Made by a program: the position numbers and the translations under genes. Positions 45,822-55,845 of a stretch of DNA of 64,000 nucleotides are shown here, piece by piece (position 1 is the first letter of the stretch; each line of letters opens with the position of its first letter). The notes beneath the pieces were generated by a model, which searched no databases, was not told the DNA's origin, and was given only the letters and a program-made list of their open reading frames with translations. Source of the DNA: an uncultured Lachnospiraceae bacterium (GTDB lineage Bacteria > Bacillota > Clostridia > Lachnospirales > Lachnospiraceae); NCBI GenBank assembly GCA_902783375.1, contig CACZQN010000055.1:12100-76099 (forward strand), in the 5' to 3' direction.

Positions 45822-46550
45822 ATGACACTCGGGGGTTATCTTTCAAGCCAGTTTTCGCTGGCGCAGAATCTGGAATTCTGCCTGCGTCTTCTAGTGGCTG
45901 TTGTGTGCGGTTCTGTGATCGGGCTCGAGAGGAGCCGCCGTTTCAAGGAGGCCGGTCTTCGGACCCACATCATCGTCTGTATCACCGCTGCGCTGGTGAT
46001 GATTGTCTCGAAATATGGCTTTGCGGACCTCACAGATCCGACCGGGGCCTCCTTCAACGGAACCAGAGGGGCAGATCCTGCAAGACTTGCAGCGCAGGTG
46101 ATCTCCGGCATTTCCTTCCTGTGTGCAGGCGTCATCTTTAAGAATGGAGGTTCCGTCAAGGGCCTTACCACGGCCGCCGGGATCTGGATGACGGCGGGTA
46201 TCGGCCTTGCAGTCGGGGCCGGGATGTACTTTATTGGGATCTTTGCAACATTTGCAGAAGTGTTTCTTCAGTTTCTCATGCACAAGATGCCTGTCGCTTC
46301 TGACGCCCTGATCCTGAACAATGTCCGGCTGGTCGTCCAGGAGGGCGTGGAGTTCAACAAGATCCTGATGGACCAGCTGAAACTGTGGAATGCATCCATT
46401 GCCGACAGCAAAGTGACCAGACGCTCGGACGGCAAGGTCGAGTATGAACTGGTGATCCGGACACGCGAGGAACTGACGTTTGAGGAGTTCGAGGCATTTG
46501 TCAACGGACATTCTGAGGTCCTGTCGGGAAGCTGCATGCCGATGCGGTGA
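45822..46550 (+). CDS. mgtC: MgtC/SapB family membrane protein
   Basis: MgtC N-terminal TM domain 'LLVAVVCGSVIGLERSRRFKEAGLRTH' plus a C-terminal ACT-like domain. Confidence 0.85.
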   Translation: MTLGGYLSSQFSLAQNLEFCLRLLVAVVCGSVIGLERSRRFKEAGLRTHIIVCITAALVMIVSKYGFADLTDPTGASFNGTRGADPARLAAQVISGISFLCAGVIFKNGGSVKGLTTAAGIWMTAGIGLAVGAGMYFIGIFATFAEVFLQFLMHKMPVASDALILNNVRLVVQEGVEFNKILMDQLKLWNASIADSKVTRRSDGKVEYELVIRTREELTFEEFEAFVNGHSEVLSGSCMPMR

Positions 46551-46691
46551 TGGGAATCTGCCCTTTCACACTTTAAAAAGCCTTCTTCTGCGCAAAATGC
46601 ACATAGGAAGGCTTGTTTTTTTGACAGAGTTCGGGTATAATTGCTAAGTACTGATAATTATTGTGATACATTCACAAAGGAGGAGTAACAC

Positions 46692-48452
46692 ATGAAAAGA
46701 AGTAAAGTGCTTGCACTGCTGCTTGCTTCTGTAATGGTTGTATCCATGTTCGCTGCATGTGGCGGCGGCTCCGGAACAACAACGACCAGTACACCGACAT
46801 CCACAGCAAAGACGGATGATGGTGCAGCAGCAGATACCAAGAAAGACGAGCCGGCTCCTGCTGTAGAGCAGGCACCTGGTGACACCAAGGGACTTGCGAA
46901 TATGCCGAAGTCCGATGTGGTTAAGGGCAAGACCAATCAGCAGACCTATCCGCTGACCACAGAAAAGAAGACTCTTACCTACTGGTATCCGATGGGTGGT
47001 TCCATGAGTACCCTTTCGGATTTCAATGATGCAGAGTTCTTCCAGATGTACGAAGAGAAGACCGGTGTGCACATCGACTTCATCGTTCCGTCTACCGGAA
47101 CAGAGGCAGATGCATTCCAGCTGCTTTTCGCATCAGATTCCTTCCCGAACATGCTCTATGTTACGAACGGCAACCTGAAGTATCGTGACGGTTATGATGC
47201 TTGTATCGAGGATGGTTATGTAATCGACATCACCGATTATTATGACTATGTTCCGAACTATGTATCCTGGCTCAACAGCCTTCCGGATGCGCAGAAGTCC
47301 GTCTTCACCGATACCGGCAGAATGTACGGCCTGTGGCATTTCTGGGATTCCATGACGGAGAACGTCTACAACGATCAGGGTATCTCCATCCGTAAGGATT
47401 TCCTGGACAAGGTTGGCATGGATATCCCGACCACTTATGATGAGTGGGAGACAGTCCTTGCTGCATTTAAGGATCAGCTTGGAATCGAAGCTCCGTTCTA
47501 TACCGGCAAATATGGTATTGACGACGGTGAGTTCATGGCTGGTTACGGAATTGCTCCGTACTGGTATCAGGTAGACAACAAGGTTATGTATGGTCCGATG
47601 CAGGATGCATACAAGGATTACCTGACCATGCTGAACAAGTGGTATGTGAATGGCTGGCTGGATAACGGCTTTGCTACGAGACAGTCCACTGGTATCGCAG
47701 CGGATAACGACATGATTCTGAACGATAAGATCGGTGCCCTGATCGACTGGGGTACCAGAATGACAGATGCTTATCTGACACGTGGTGCTACGAACCCTGA
47801 GTTCTATGCAGTTGCTGCTCCGCAGCCGAAGAAGTCCGCTTCTGATCCGAACCCGGCATGGAGAAACTGGGGCAACGGCTATGGCCACTGCCAGAATACC
47901 GTAGAACTTGTTTCTGCTGAGCTTGATGAGGCGACAAAGGAACTTGCTCTGAGATGGCTGGATGGCTGGTATGCTGAGGATATCTATCTGCAGGCCAACT
48001 ACGGTCTGGATGAGCAGGAGGGTGTTGTCTGGTATGCAGCAGAAGATGGTCACAGAATCGGTGACTATGATTTCCGTTATGCGAACCCGGATGGAATCGA
48101 TTCCGCAACCGTCCTTGTCAAGTTCTGGACCAAGAACCCGCCGATCCGTGTAGAGGCCTGCCAGATCGAGCAGATGCCGCCGGAGCGTTCCGCATCTTAT
48201 GATGTATGGAGCCAGTACTATCCGACCAACTTCCTGCCGCCGATGACTTCCATGACGGTTGATGAGGGTTCGGAGTATGCTTCTACCTACACAGACATTG
48301 AGACCTATGTACAGGAGCAGAACGTCAAGTTCATCATGGGCCAGAGATCTCTTGATGAGTATGACAGCTATCGTGAGACCCTGAAGCAGATGGGCATCGA
48401 GAGATGTACTGAACTGCAGCAGGCTGCACTTGACCGTTACAACGCAAGATAA
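46692..48452 (+). CDS. Extracellular solute-binding lipoprotein (LplA-type carbohydrate ABC SBP)
   Basis: Lipobox 'MFAACGGG', Thr-rich linker, large family-1 SBP. Confidence 0.85.
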   Translation: MKRSKVLALLLASVMVVSMFAACGGGSGTTTTSTPTSTAKTDDGAAADTKKDEPAPAVEQAPGDTKGLANMPKSDVVKGKTNQQTYPLTTEKKTLTYWYPMGGSMSTLSDFNDAEFFQMYEEKTGVHIDFIVPSTGTEADAFQLLFASDSFPNMLYVTNGNLKYRDGYDACIEDGYVIDITDYYDYVPNYVSWLNSLPDAQKSVFTDTGRMYGLWHFWDSMTENVYNDQGISIRKDFLDKVGMDIPTTYDEWETVLAAFKDQLGIEAPFYTGKYGIDDGEFMAGYGIAPYWYQVDNKVMYGPMQDAYKDYLTMLNKWYVNGWLDNGFATRQSTGIAADNDMILNDKIGALIDWGTRMTDAYLTRGATNPEFYAVAAPQPKKSASDPNPAWRNWGNGYGHCQNTVELVSAELDEATKELALRWLDGWYAEDIYLQANYGLDEQEGVVWYAAEDGHRIGDYDFRYANPDGIDSATVLVKFWTKNPPIRVEACQIEQMPPERSASYDVWSQYYPTNFLPPMTSMTVDEGSEYASTYTDIETYVQEQNVKFIMGQRSLDEYDSYRETLKQMGIERCTELQQAALDRYNAR

Positions 48453-48638
48453 TCAGTACTGTGAATGATGAATTGTGTACCCGGCGGGATCTCCCGCCGG
48501 GTATTTTTGCGTCCTCCACTGAATTCTTGTGAAACTATATGGTGGAAGGGTTGTTTTTTGACTGCTATTTGTGTATAATTACTAAATAGATTATAAAATC
48601 TAAGTTGATTTTCCATGTAAATTGACTAGGAGGAAGTA

Positions 48639-49589
48639 ATGAGTAAAAAAGAGACAATTGAGAGAGTTGCTCCGAAACTGACTCTCGGCCAGACGCTGAA
48701 AAAGGATCTGAAGGCACACTGGGAACTCTATGTGATGTTCATCCCGGTAATGATTTACTTTATTGTCTTCAATTACCTGCCGATGGCCGGTATCATCATG
48801 GCCTTTGAAAAGTATTCGATCAAGAAAGGCTTTTTTGGCAGTGCGTGGGTTGGTGTTGCAAACTTCCAGCGCTTCTTCGCATCACCGTATTTCTGGAGAC
48901 TGATGCGGAACACACTGTTGATCAGCTTCTATGGCTTACTGTTTTCCTTCCCATTTCCGATCGTTTTTGCCCTCTGCCTGAACGAGCTGACGAATGCAAA
49001 GTTCAAGAAGGTTGTTCAGACCATTTCCTATCTGCCATACTTTATCTCCGTTGTGGTCGTTGTCTCGATCCTGTACGATTTCTGTAAGTCAAACGGACTC
49101 CTGACCAATCTCGCTGCAAAGTTCGGATGGAGCGGCGGTGCGCTGATCTCAGCACCGGAGTGGTTCCGTACCTTGTTTATCGGATCCAATATGTGGCAGC
49201 ATCTCGGATATAACTCGATTATCTTTATTTCCGCACTTGCAGCCATTGACCCGACCCTCTATGAGGCGGCCAGAATCGATGGCGCGAACCGCTGGCAGCA
49301 GACTATCCATGTCACACTTCCGGGAATCTCGTCTACGATCGTCGTTCTCCTGATCCTGCGACTTGGCCAGATCATGGGTGTCGGTTACGAGAAGGTCATC
49401 CTGATGTATTCTCCTGCTACATATGAGACGGCGGATGTCATTTCTTCCTATACCTACCGTGTCGGTCTTCAGGATACCGACTATTCCTATTCAACCGCTA
49501 TCAACCTGTTTAACTCGCTGATTAATCTGATCGTTATGACCACTGCGAATAAGATTTCCGCGATGATCAATAACACCAGCCTGTTCTGA
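48639..49589 (+). CDS. Carbohydrate ABC transporter permease (LplB/MalF-type)
   Basis: EAA loop 'YEAARIDGANRWQ'. Confidence 0.85.
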   Translation: MSKKETIERVAPKLTLGQTLKKDLKAHWELYVMFIPVMIYFIVFNYLPMAGIIMAFEKYSIKKGFFGSAWVGVANFQRFFASPYFWRLMRNTLLISFYGLLFSFPFPIVFALCLNELTNAKFKKVVQTISYLPYFISVVVVVSILYDFCKSNGLLTNLAAKFGWSGGALISAPEWFRTLFIGSNMWQHLGYNSIIFISALAAIDPTLYEAARIDGANRWQQTIHVTLPGISSTIVVLLILRLGQIMGVGYEKVILMYSPATYETADVISSYTYRVGLQDTDYSYSTAINLFNSLINLIVMTTANKISAMINNTSLF

Positions 49590-49607
49590 TGGAAGGAGGA
49601 GAAAAAG

Positions 49608-50489
49608 ATGATTAAGAAATCAAGAGGCGAGCGGATTTTTAATGTTTTCAATATCTGTGGAATGATCATTCTGTCCCTGATCTTCATCCTTCCGATCTGG
49701 CATGTTGCGATGGGATCGATCTCTGATCCGATGAGGATCTCTGCATTCTCCGGCCTGATTCTCTGGCCGCTCGGGACACCGACGCTTGGCGGCTACAAGC
49801 TGGTACTGCAGAACAGTTCCATTGCGATCTCCTATGCCAACACACTGCTGTACGTGGTGTCTTCGACCGTATTTGGTCTGGCACTGAACATTCTTGCAGC
49901 CTTTGTCCTTTCCAGAAGACATATGTTTTTTGGAAGATTCATGAATATGTTTGTCCTCTTTACGATGATCTTTAACGGTGGTCTGATTCCGACCTATATC
50001 ATCATCCGGAATCTGGGTATGCTGAATACCCGCTGGGCAATCATTCTTCCGGCTGCACTGAATGCTTACAATATCCTCATCATGCGGACATCCTTTGCAG
50101 AGATTCCGGAGGAGCTCTTTGAGGCAGCACAGATCGACGGCGCAAGCTACTTCCGCATCCTGATGCAGGTGGTTCTGCCGGTCAGTAAGGCAATCATCGC
50201 CGTTATCGTTCTCTACTATGCAGTGCAGCACTGGAATGCATGGTTCCAGGCAGCCATCTACCTGACAGACAGAAAGCTCTATCCGCTGCAGCTGACCTTG
50301 CGTGAGATCGTGCTTCTCGCATCCGAGAACTCCATCACCGGTGATGCTGACGGACAGGACGTCCTGATTTACCGTCCACTGATCAAGTACGCAACGATCA
50401 TGGTCTCCATCATCCCGATGATGATCCTGTATCCGTTCGTACAGAAGTACTTCGTAACCGGCGTTATGATTGGTGCTGTTAAGGGTTAA
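49608..50489 (+). CDS. Carbohydrate ABC transporter permease (LplC/MalG-type)
   Basis: EAA loop 'FEAAQIDGASYFR'. Confidence 0.85.
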   Translation: MIKKSRGERIFNVFNICGMIILSLIFILPIWHVAMGSISDPMRISAFSGLILWPLGTPTLGGYKLVLQNSSIAISYANTLLYVVSSTVFGLALNILAAFVLSRRHMFFGRFMNMFVLFTMIFNGGLIPTYIIIRNLGMLNTRWAIILPAALNAYNILIMRTSFAEIPEELFEAAQIDGASYFRILMQVVLPVSKAIIAVIVLYYAVQHWNAWFQAAIYLTDRKLYPLQLTLREIVLLASENSITGDADGQDVLIYRPLIKYATIMVSIIPMMILYPFVQKYFVTGVMIGAVKG

Positions 50490-50618
50490 TTTTGCCGCAG
50501 GCAAAATTTACCCGCAGATTTGCTTCGCAAAGTCTGCGAAGGGTTGGAACCCACAGATTCAATAGTTCATTAATTGCCCCCGCGGGGTACGCGGGGGCTT
50601 TGTTGTAAGGAGCATACG

Positions 50619-51428
50619 ATGAGACTGATATTTATAAGGCATGGGGATCCGGATTATGCGCATGATTCTCTGACGGAGAAGGGCTGGCGTGAGGCGAATC
50701 TTCTTGCGGAGCGTGTGAAGAACTGGGAGGTTGAGCAGTTCTATGTCTCGCCGCTTGGGCGAGCGAAGGCAACGGCGGAGCCGTCTCTCAAAGCGCTTGG
50801 GCGGACGGCGATCGAGATGCCGTGGCTCAGAGAGTACGGAAGCGTGCTTCCGGTCCCGGGAAAGGTACCGGATCCTTCGGAGCATGAGAAGTTCATGAAA
50901 CAGCGAAAAGAAGAGCAGGAATTGTATGAGAAAGGTCTTGGACCACGGCCGCGTCATATCATGTGGGACAACATGGAAGTGGAGAATGACTCGGATCTTA
51001 TTCATTTTGATCCGTTCCACTGGTATGAGAGTGAGTTCTTCGAGATCTTTCGTGACAGAGCGGATCTCTGGGAGGAGCTCTGCACCGGAATTGACAGCCT
51101 GCTTTTGCAGTACGGCTATCGGCGCGAGCATACCTACTACCGCGTGGACCCGGCGCTGACGGACGGCGATGAGGATAAGAACATCGTTTTCTTCTGCCAC
51201 TACGGTGTGACCTGCGCGCTGCTGGGCCACTTGCTGAATATCTCTCCGGTTTCCATGTGGCATGGCTTTTTCGGGGCACCGACGTCCGTGACGATCCTGA
51301 ATGCGGAGAAGCGGTTCGGGGATTATGCCCATTTCCGCACGCAGGTTTACGGGGACACGAAGCACCTGGCAGCCGGCGGCGAGCCGATCAGCGGATCCGG
51401 GAACTTTGCAAAGGTTTTTGACCTGTAA
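50619..51428 (+). CDS. Histidine phosphatase (phosphoglycerate-mutase-like) family protein
   Basis: 'RHGDPDY' RHG catalytic motif at the N-terminus; RBS GTAAGGAG + 7 nt. Confidence 0.8.
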   Translation: MRLIFIRHGDPDYAHDSLTEKGWREANLLAERVKNWEVEQFYVSPLGRAKATAEPSLKALGRTAIEMPWLREYGSVLPVPGKVPDPSEHEKFMKQRKEEQELYEKGLGPRPRHIMWDNMEVENDSDLIHFDPFHWYESEFFEIFRDRADLWEELCTGIDSLLLQYGYRREHTYYRVDPALTDGDEDKNIVFFCHYGVTCALLGHLLNISPVSMWHGFFGAPTSVTILNAEKRFGDYAHFRTQVYGDTKHLAAGGEPISGSGNFAKVFDL

Positions 51429-51448
51429 TTTTTACGAAATGTCAATAG

Positions 51449-51497
51449 AGCATACCAGGCATCAGATTGCTGATGATCTGGTATGCTTTTTTCTTTT
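51449..51497 (+). terminator. Rho-independent terminator
   Basis: AGCATACCAG-loop-CTGGTATGCT followed by TTTTTTCTTTT. Confidence 0.75.
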
Positions 51498-51635
51498 GCG
51501 TTGGATTGACGAACGGTGAGAAGAGGTGTTGGTTTCTGTAAGAAACGGGTGAATACTATATAAAAGGGTTGTAAGGAGTATGAGAATCTGCATGATGATA
51601 AGCGGTATGAGCTGATTGACGGGAAACTGATTCTG

Positions 51636-52097
51636 ATGGAGTCCCCGACTATTACACATCAGAGGATCATTGCAGAGATTCACTGGCAGATCAGCAGCCA
51701 GATCAGGGAAAAGAAAGGTCCCTGTGAAATATTCCTTTCACCTCTTGATGTCCGGATGGTGAAGGAAGAGAACACGATTCTGGAACCGGACCTGTTCATC
51801 GTGTGTGATTCGGAGAAAACCACGGGGAAACGAATCGAAGGGACGCCGGACTTTGTTTTGGAAGTGCTTTCTCCGGGAACGAGAAGAAAAGATATGGTGA
51901 CGAAACTGGGAAAGTATATGGACGCCGGAGTCAGAGAGTACTGGATGATTGATCCGGATAAGAGAGTGCTGCTGCGCTATCTGGCAGCGGAAGACTGGAT
52001 TCCGGAGATTCATCCGCTTGAAGGCATCCTGGGCCTGGGTATCTACGAAGGCAGCATTACAGTGGATCTGAATGCCATTGGGAAAATCTGTTCCTGA
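51636..52097 (+). CDS. Uma2-family (DUF820) putative endonuclease. The conserved N-terminal motif continues in-frame upstream (51564-51635) with no start codon, so the gene may be N-terminally disrupted.
   Basis: In-frame upstream translation 'YENLHDDKRYELIDGKLILMESP' matches the Uma2 N-terminus, but there is no ATG/GTG/TTG between the stop at 51561 and the ATG at 51636. Confidence 0.6.
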   Translation: MESPTITHQRIIAEIHWQISSQIREKKGPCEIFLSPLDVRMVKEENTILEPDLFIVCDSEKTTGKRIEGTPDFVLEVLSPGTRRKDMVTKLGKYMDAGVREYWMIDPDKRVLLRYLAAEDWIPEIHPLEGILGLGIYEGSITVDLNAIGKICS

Positions 52098-52447
52098 AAA
52101 AAGGCTTGCATTCTCTGAAGTAAGGTTTATAATGCGGAAGTAAGCTTAAACTAACTTTAGAGCGTGTAACAATGTATCTTGAAGATACGAAGTACGGCTA
52201 CAGCCTGGATGTACGGGGCATTGTTTGGCGGCATTCTGGTGATGTACATTGTGATCCATACATTGCTGATCCGCCGAATCGACCGGATTGACCTGAGCAT
52301 CATCCTGAAGAATCGCGAGTAAGATGCATGAATTCAGGAAGACACTGGAAATCCATGGATATGCCATAAACCTGACATATGGAAAAGGTAAGGTAGACCT
52401 GTATCAGGATACATTCTGTGAATCAAAGAAGGAGGTACAGATTTCAG

Positions 52448-53368
52448 ATGAAAACAGGAATGATGAAGAAGATCGCGGCAGTTGGTCTTGCCATGACGTT
52501 TGCTGTCTCTGCTGTGAGCCTTGCTGCACCGCAGATGACGGTCACTGCTTATGCGGAGAGCTCGGACTGGTCGAAGCAGACCAGAAAGGCATCTCTGGCG
52601 GCACTTGATAAACTTTTGGACCGCACCCTGAAGATGGAGACCGGCACGGCAGGCAGCTCGCTGAAGCAGGCTGCGCTGACAGCGGATTACATGAAGTGGG
52701 GCTTCCGTGCACCGATTGCAGCACTGCAGGGTCAGAAGAAGGCAAAGCTGTCAAAGACAGCCATCCGCAATGCGGTCAAGAACTATGTGAACGGCCTGAC
52801 CGCAGCAGAAAAGAAGACGTTCAAGGCGAATATGAACATCCTTGAAGACCTCTATGAGGACTTTGTGGATGATCCGGCAGAGAACCTCAACCTGCTGCTC
52901 GATGCAGGCAAGGATGGCGACATCCTGAACGGCGTCCCGGTGATCCCGTTTGAGATCGTTCTGCACCAGGCAGGCGTTGTGAACGAAGCAGGTGCAGTTG
53001 AGGATCTTCTTGAAGAGATTCTGGAAGTTTCAGATGGAATGGAAGGTTCTTCGAATGGGAATATCAAAGCAGCCAGCAAACTTGCAGACTGGGGCATGGT
53101 CAGCATCGCGTCGAAGAGCCAGATCAAGAAGGGAATCAATGCATTCTGGAATGATCTGACTGACGCTGAGAAGAATCAGTTTGTAGATGACTGGCATGCA
53201 GTCACCCTGCGCTATGAATCCTTCCTGAATGTGGAGAAGGAGAATGACAACTGGAATCTTCTGAGCCAGGCAGGACTTTCCTATACCGGCTTCCCGTACA
53301 ACTACACCGAGATTCCGCGTGTGACCTGGCTGATGGATCTCCTGAGCAAGACCATCGACGCACAGTGA
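52448..53368 (+). CDS. Secreted hypothetical protein
   Basis: Signal peptide 'KKIAAVGLAMTFAVSAVSLAAPQMTVTAYA'; RBS GAAGGAGGT upstream. Confidence 0.6.
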   Translation: MKTGMMKKIAAVGLAMTFAVSAVSLAAPQMTVTAYAESSDWSKQTRKASLAALDKLLDRTLKMETGTAGSSLKQAALTADYMKWGFRAPIAALQGQKKAKLSKTAIRNAVKNYVNGLTAAEKKTFKANMNILEDLYEDFVDDPAENLNLLLDAGKDGDILNGVPVIPFEIVLHQAGVVNEAGAVEDLLEEILEVSDGMEGSSNGNIKAASKLADWGMVSIASKSQIKKGINAFWNDLTDAEKNQFVDDWHAVTLRYESFLNVEKENDNWNLLSQAGLSYTGFPYNYTEIPRVTWLMDLLSKTIDAQ

Positions 53369-53426
53369 TGAAGTGAGGCGGATGGATGCCGCCGGATGAT
53401 GGCTCATAAACTGTAACAGAATGTAA

Positions 53427-53476
53427 AGAAAAGTGGTTTCTACAGGAATCATTCCTGGTGGAAACCACTTTTTTAT
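53427..53476. terminator. Bidirectional terminator (secreted protein on +, MATE on -)
   Basis: AAGTGGTTTC-loop-GAAACCACTT with flanking A/T runs. Confidence 0.75.
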
Positions 53477-53534
53477 CTGATTATCATGCTGGCACAGGTG
53501 GGACATGGAGGCTGTCAGGCAGCGGTCTTCTGTC

Positions 53535-54935
53535 TTACGCAGCCTGCTGCGCACGCAGTTTTTTCCGTACATGGAAGTAGAAGACCAAGGCCACGACAGA
53601 CGCCAGGCCTTTTGTCACCGGGTAGGACAGGAACAGGACCGTGACGGTCGGGATGGCCTGGAAGATGGTGTAGATCCAGATCACCCGGAAGACGCAGATC
53701 GAGAGGATAGCGGCGACCATCGGGAAGACGGAATAGCCCATGCCTCGTTCTACGTTAAATGGCACGTTCATGGTGCAGTTGATGAACTGGGTGGTTGCAA
53801 CGATGAACAGGATCCTGCGGCCGTGCTCAATGACCTCTGCATCTTTTGTGTAGATGGACAGCAGCTGCGGGGAGAAGATGATGACCACGATGGCAGCGGC
53901 CATGCCCATGCCGCAGCCGACGGCCAGACAGATCGCCAGAACCTTGTCGATCCGGTCATATTTGCCGGCACCGTAATTCTGGCCGGTAAAACTGATGGCG
54001 GCCTGCGCGAAGGCATCGATGGCAACGTTGCAGAAGCCGTCGATGTTCCAGGCAGCGGTGGTCGCTGCCATGACAGCCGGTCCGAAGGAATTGATCGAAG
54101 ACTGGATCAGGAGATTTGCGATGGAGAAAGCAGAACCCTGCAGCCCAGCCGGGATGCCGAAGCGGAACATCCGGATCAGTTTGTCTTGATGAATTGCCAG
54201 TTTGGATGGGATCAGCTTATAGGCGGCATCGGTGCGGAGCATATCCACAGTGACCATTCCTGCGGCAAGATACTGGGAGAGCGTCGTCGCCAGCGCGACA
54301 CCGGACACGCCCATTTTCAGTGCAAGCACGAAGAACAGGTTCAGGATGACGTTTGTCGCCCCGGAGATCGCCAGATAGTAGAGCGGCTTCTGGGTATTGC
54401 CTGCGGCACGTAGAATGGCGGCGCCGAAGTTATAGAGCAGGGATGCAGGCATGGCCAGAAAGTAGATCCACAGATAGCGGTGCGCAAGCGGCAGGATGTT
54501 ATCCGGGGTCTTGATCAGGTGCAGCAGCGGTTTCGCGATCAGGATGCCGATCAGTGAGAGGATTGCACCAAGAAAGACGGAAGAGGCCACGGAGGTGTGG
54601 ACGGTGTCCTCGAGATCCTTCATATCTGCGCGGCCGATGGCCTGGGCAGCCAGGACATTGGCGCCGACGGAAAGTCCCATGAAAAGCGTGACGATCAGGC
54701 TGGTGATGGGACCGGATGCACCGACGGCAGCCAGTGCGTCAGAGCCTGTGTAGCGGCCGACCACAACGATGTCCGCAGCATTGAACAGCAGCTGCAGAAG
54801 ACCGGACAGCATGACGGGGATGGAGAAACGGATCAGCTTCCCGAGAAGCGGACCATTCACCATGTCCATATCTACTTTATGTCTGCCGGTATCCTGCCTC
54901 AGTGTCTGGATGCCGGTCTTTTTTCTGTTATCCAT
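53535..54935 (-). CDS. MATE-family multidrug/sodium efflux transporter
   Basis: 12-TM MatE duplicated-domain profile. Confidence 0.85.
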   Translation of the reverse strand: MDNRKKTGIQTLRQDTGRHKVDMDMVNGPLLGKLIRFSIPVMLSGLLQLLFNAADIVVVGRYTGSDALAAVGASGPITSLIVTLFMGLSVGANVLAAQAIGRADMKDLEDTVHTSVASSVFLGAILSLIGILIAKPLLHLIKTPDNILPLAHRYLWIYFLAMPASLLYNFGAAILRAAGNTQKPLYYLAISGATNVILNLFFVLALKMGVSGVALATTLSQYLAAGMVTVDMLRTDAAYKLIPSKLAIHQDKLIRMFRFGIPAGLQGSAFSIANLLIQSSINSFGPAVMAATTAAWNIDGFCNVAIDAFAQAAISFTGQNYGAGKYDRIDKVLAICLAVGCGMGMAAAIVVIIFSPQLLSIYTKDAEVIEHGRRILFIVATTQFINCTMNVPFNVERGMGYSVFPMVAAILSICVFRVIWIYTIFQAIPTVTVLFLSYPVTKGLASVVALVFYFHVRKKLRAQQAA

Positions 54936-55033
54936 CGAGGTCCTCCTGTATACGTGCCGGATATATGTGCCGGAAAAATGTATCAGAATGCAATCCTTCT
55001 GCAGATGTTGTAAACGATTACAACCAGAAACAA

Positions 55034-55076
55034 TAAAAAAAGAAATGGTGCATTAAATAATCATACACCATTTCTA
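55034..55076 (-). terminator. ribU terminator
   Basis: AGAAATGGTG-loop-CACCATTTCT followed by a T-run on the minus strand. Confidence 0.7.
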
Positions 55077-55094
55077 TAGAAAAGCAAGTGTTAT

Positions 55095-55817
55095 TTACTG
55101 GCGGCCTTTCAGGATCGGACTGACCTTGTGGTAGATCAGGATCGTGATCAGCGAGTTGATGGCACACTTGATGATATTGAACGGCGCGACGGCCAGGGCG
55201 ACAAAGGTGAACATATTGGTGATGAGACCGTTCACTTCCGAACCCATCGCGATCAGCGCATCGATCGGCATGTGGAATACCTCGGCATATTTCGGAAGCA
55301 GCATATAGGCGTTCAGCAAGCAGCCGGTGATTGCGGTGATGATGGTTCCGATGACCAGGCCGATAACGGCATGCTTCTTTGTTTTCTTTGCGCAGTAGAT
55401 GATCGAGGCCGGAACAACAAAGGCACAGCCGATCAGGAAGTTGGCAAAGTCACCGACGAAGGCCGTCGAGGTCCCTTTGATGAAAAGATGCAGCAGCACC
55501 TTGATGAATTCGATGATGACGCCGGCCATGGGTCCGAGGGCGAACGCGCCGATGATGATCGGGAGTTCCGACAGATCGATCTTATAGAAGCTCGGCAGGA
55601 ACGGAAGCGGAAAATCAAACGCCATCAGAACGGCAGCCATGGCAGAGAGCATAGCGATGGTCACCATATAGCGGACGTTTGAGACACCGTGATGACGCTT
55701 CTCTCCACGCGCATTGGCAAAATGTCTTTCCGCCAGGTAGGCGATGCCGATGATCAGTGCGACAATGGCCACACACAGGAGAACAAACCCTACATTTTCA
55801 AGTACGACAGCAAACAT
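55095..55817 (-). CDS. ribU: ECF-transporter S component, riboflavin-type (RibU/FmnP-like)
   Basis: An FMN riboswitch lies immediately upstream; S-component TM profile; start MFAVV chosen 7 nt after GGAAAGGA. Confidence 0.8.
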   Translation of the reverse strand: MFAVVLENVGFVLLCVAIVALIIGIAYLAERHFANARGEKRHHGVSNVRYMVTIAMLSAMAAVLMAFDFPLPFLPSFYKIDLSELPIIIGAFALGPMAGVIIEFIKVLLHLFIKGTSTAFVGDFANFLIGCAFVVPASIIYCAKKTKKHAVIGLVIGTIITAITGCLLNAYMLLPKYAEVFHMPIDALIAMGSEVNGLITNMFTFVALAVAPFNIIKCAINSLITILIYHKVSPILKGRQ

Positions 55818-55845
55818 TGTTTCATCCTTTCCGTCAGCAGGGGTA

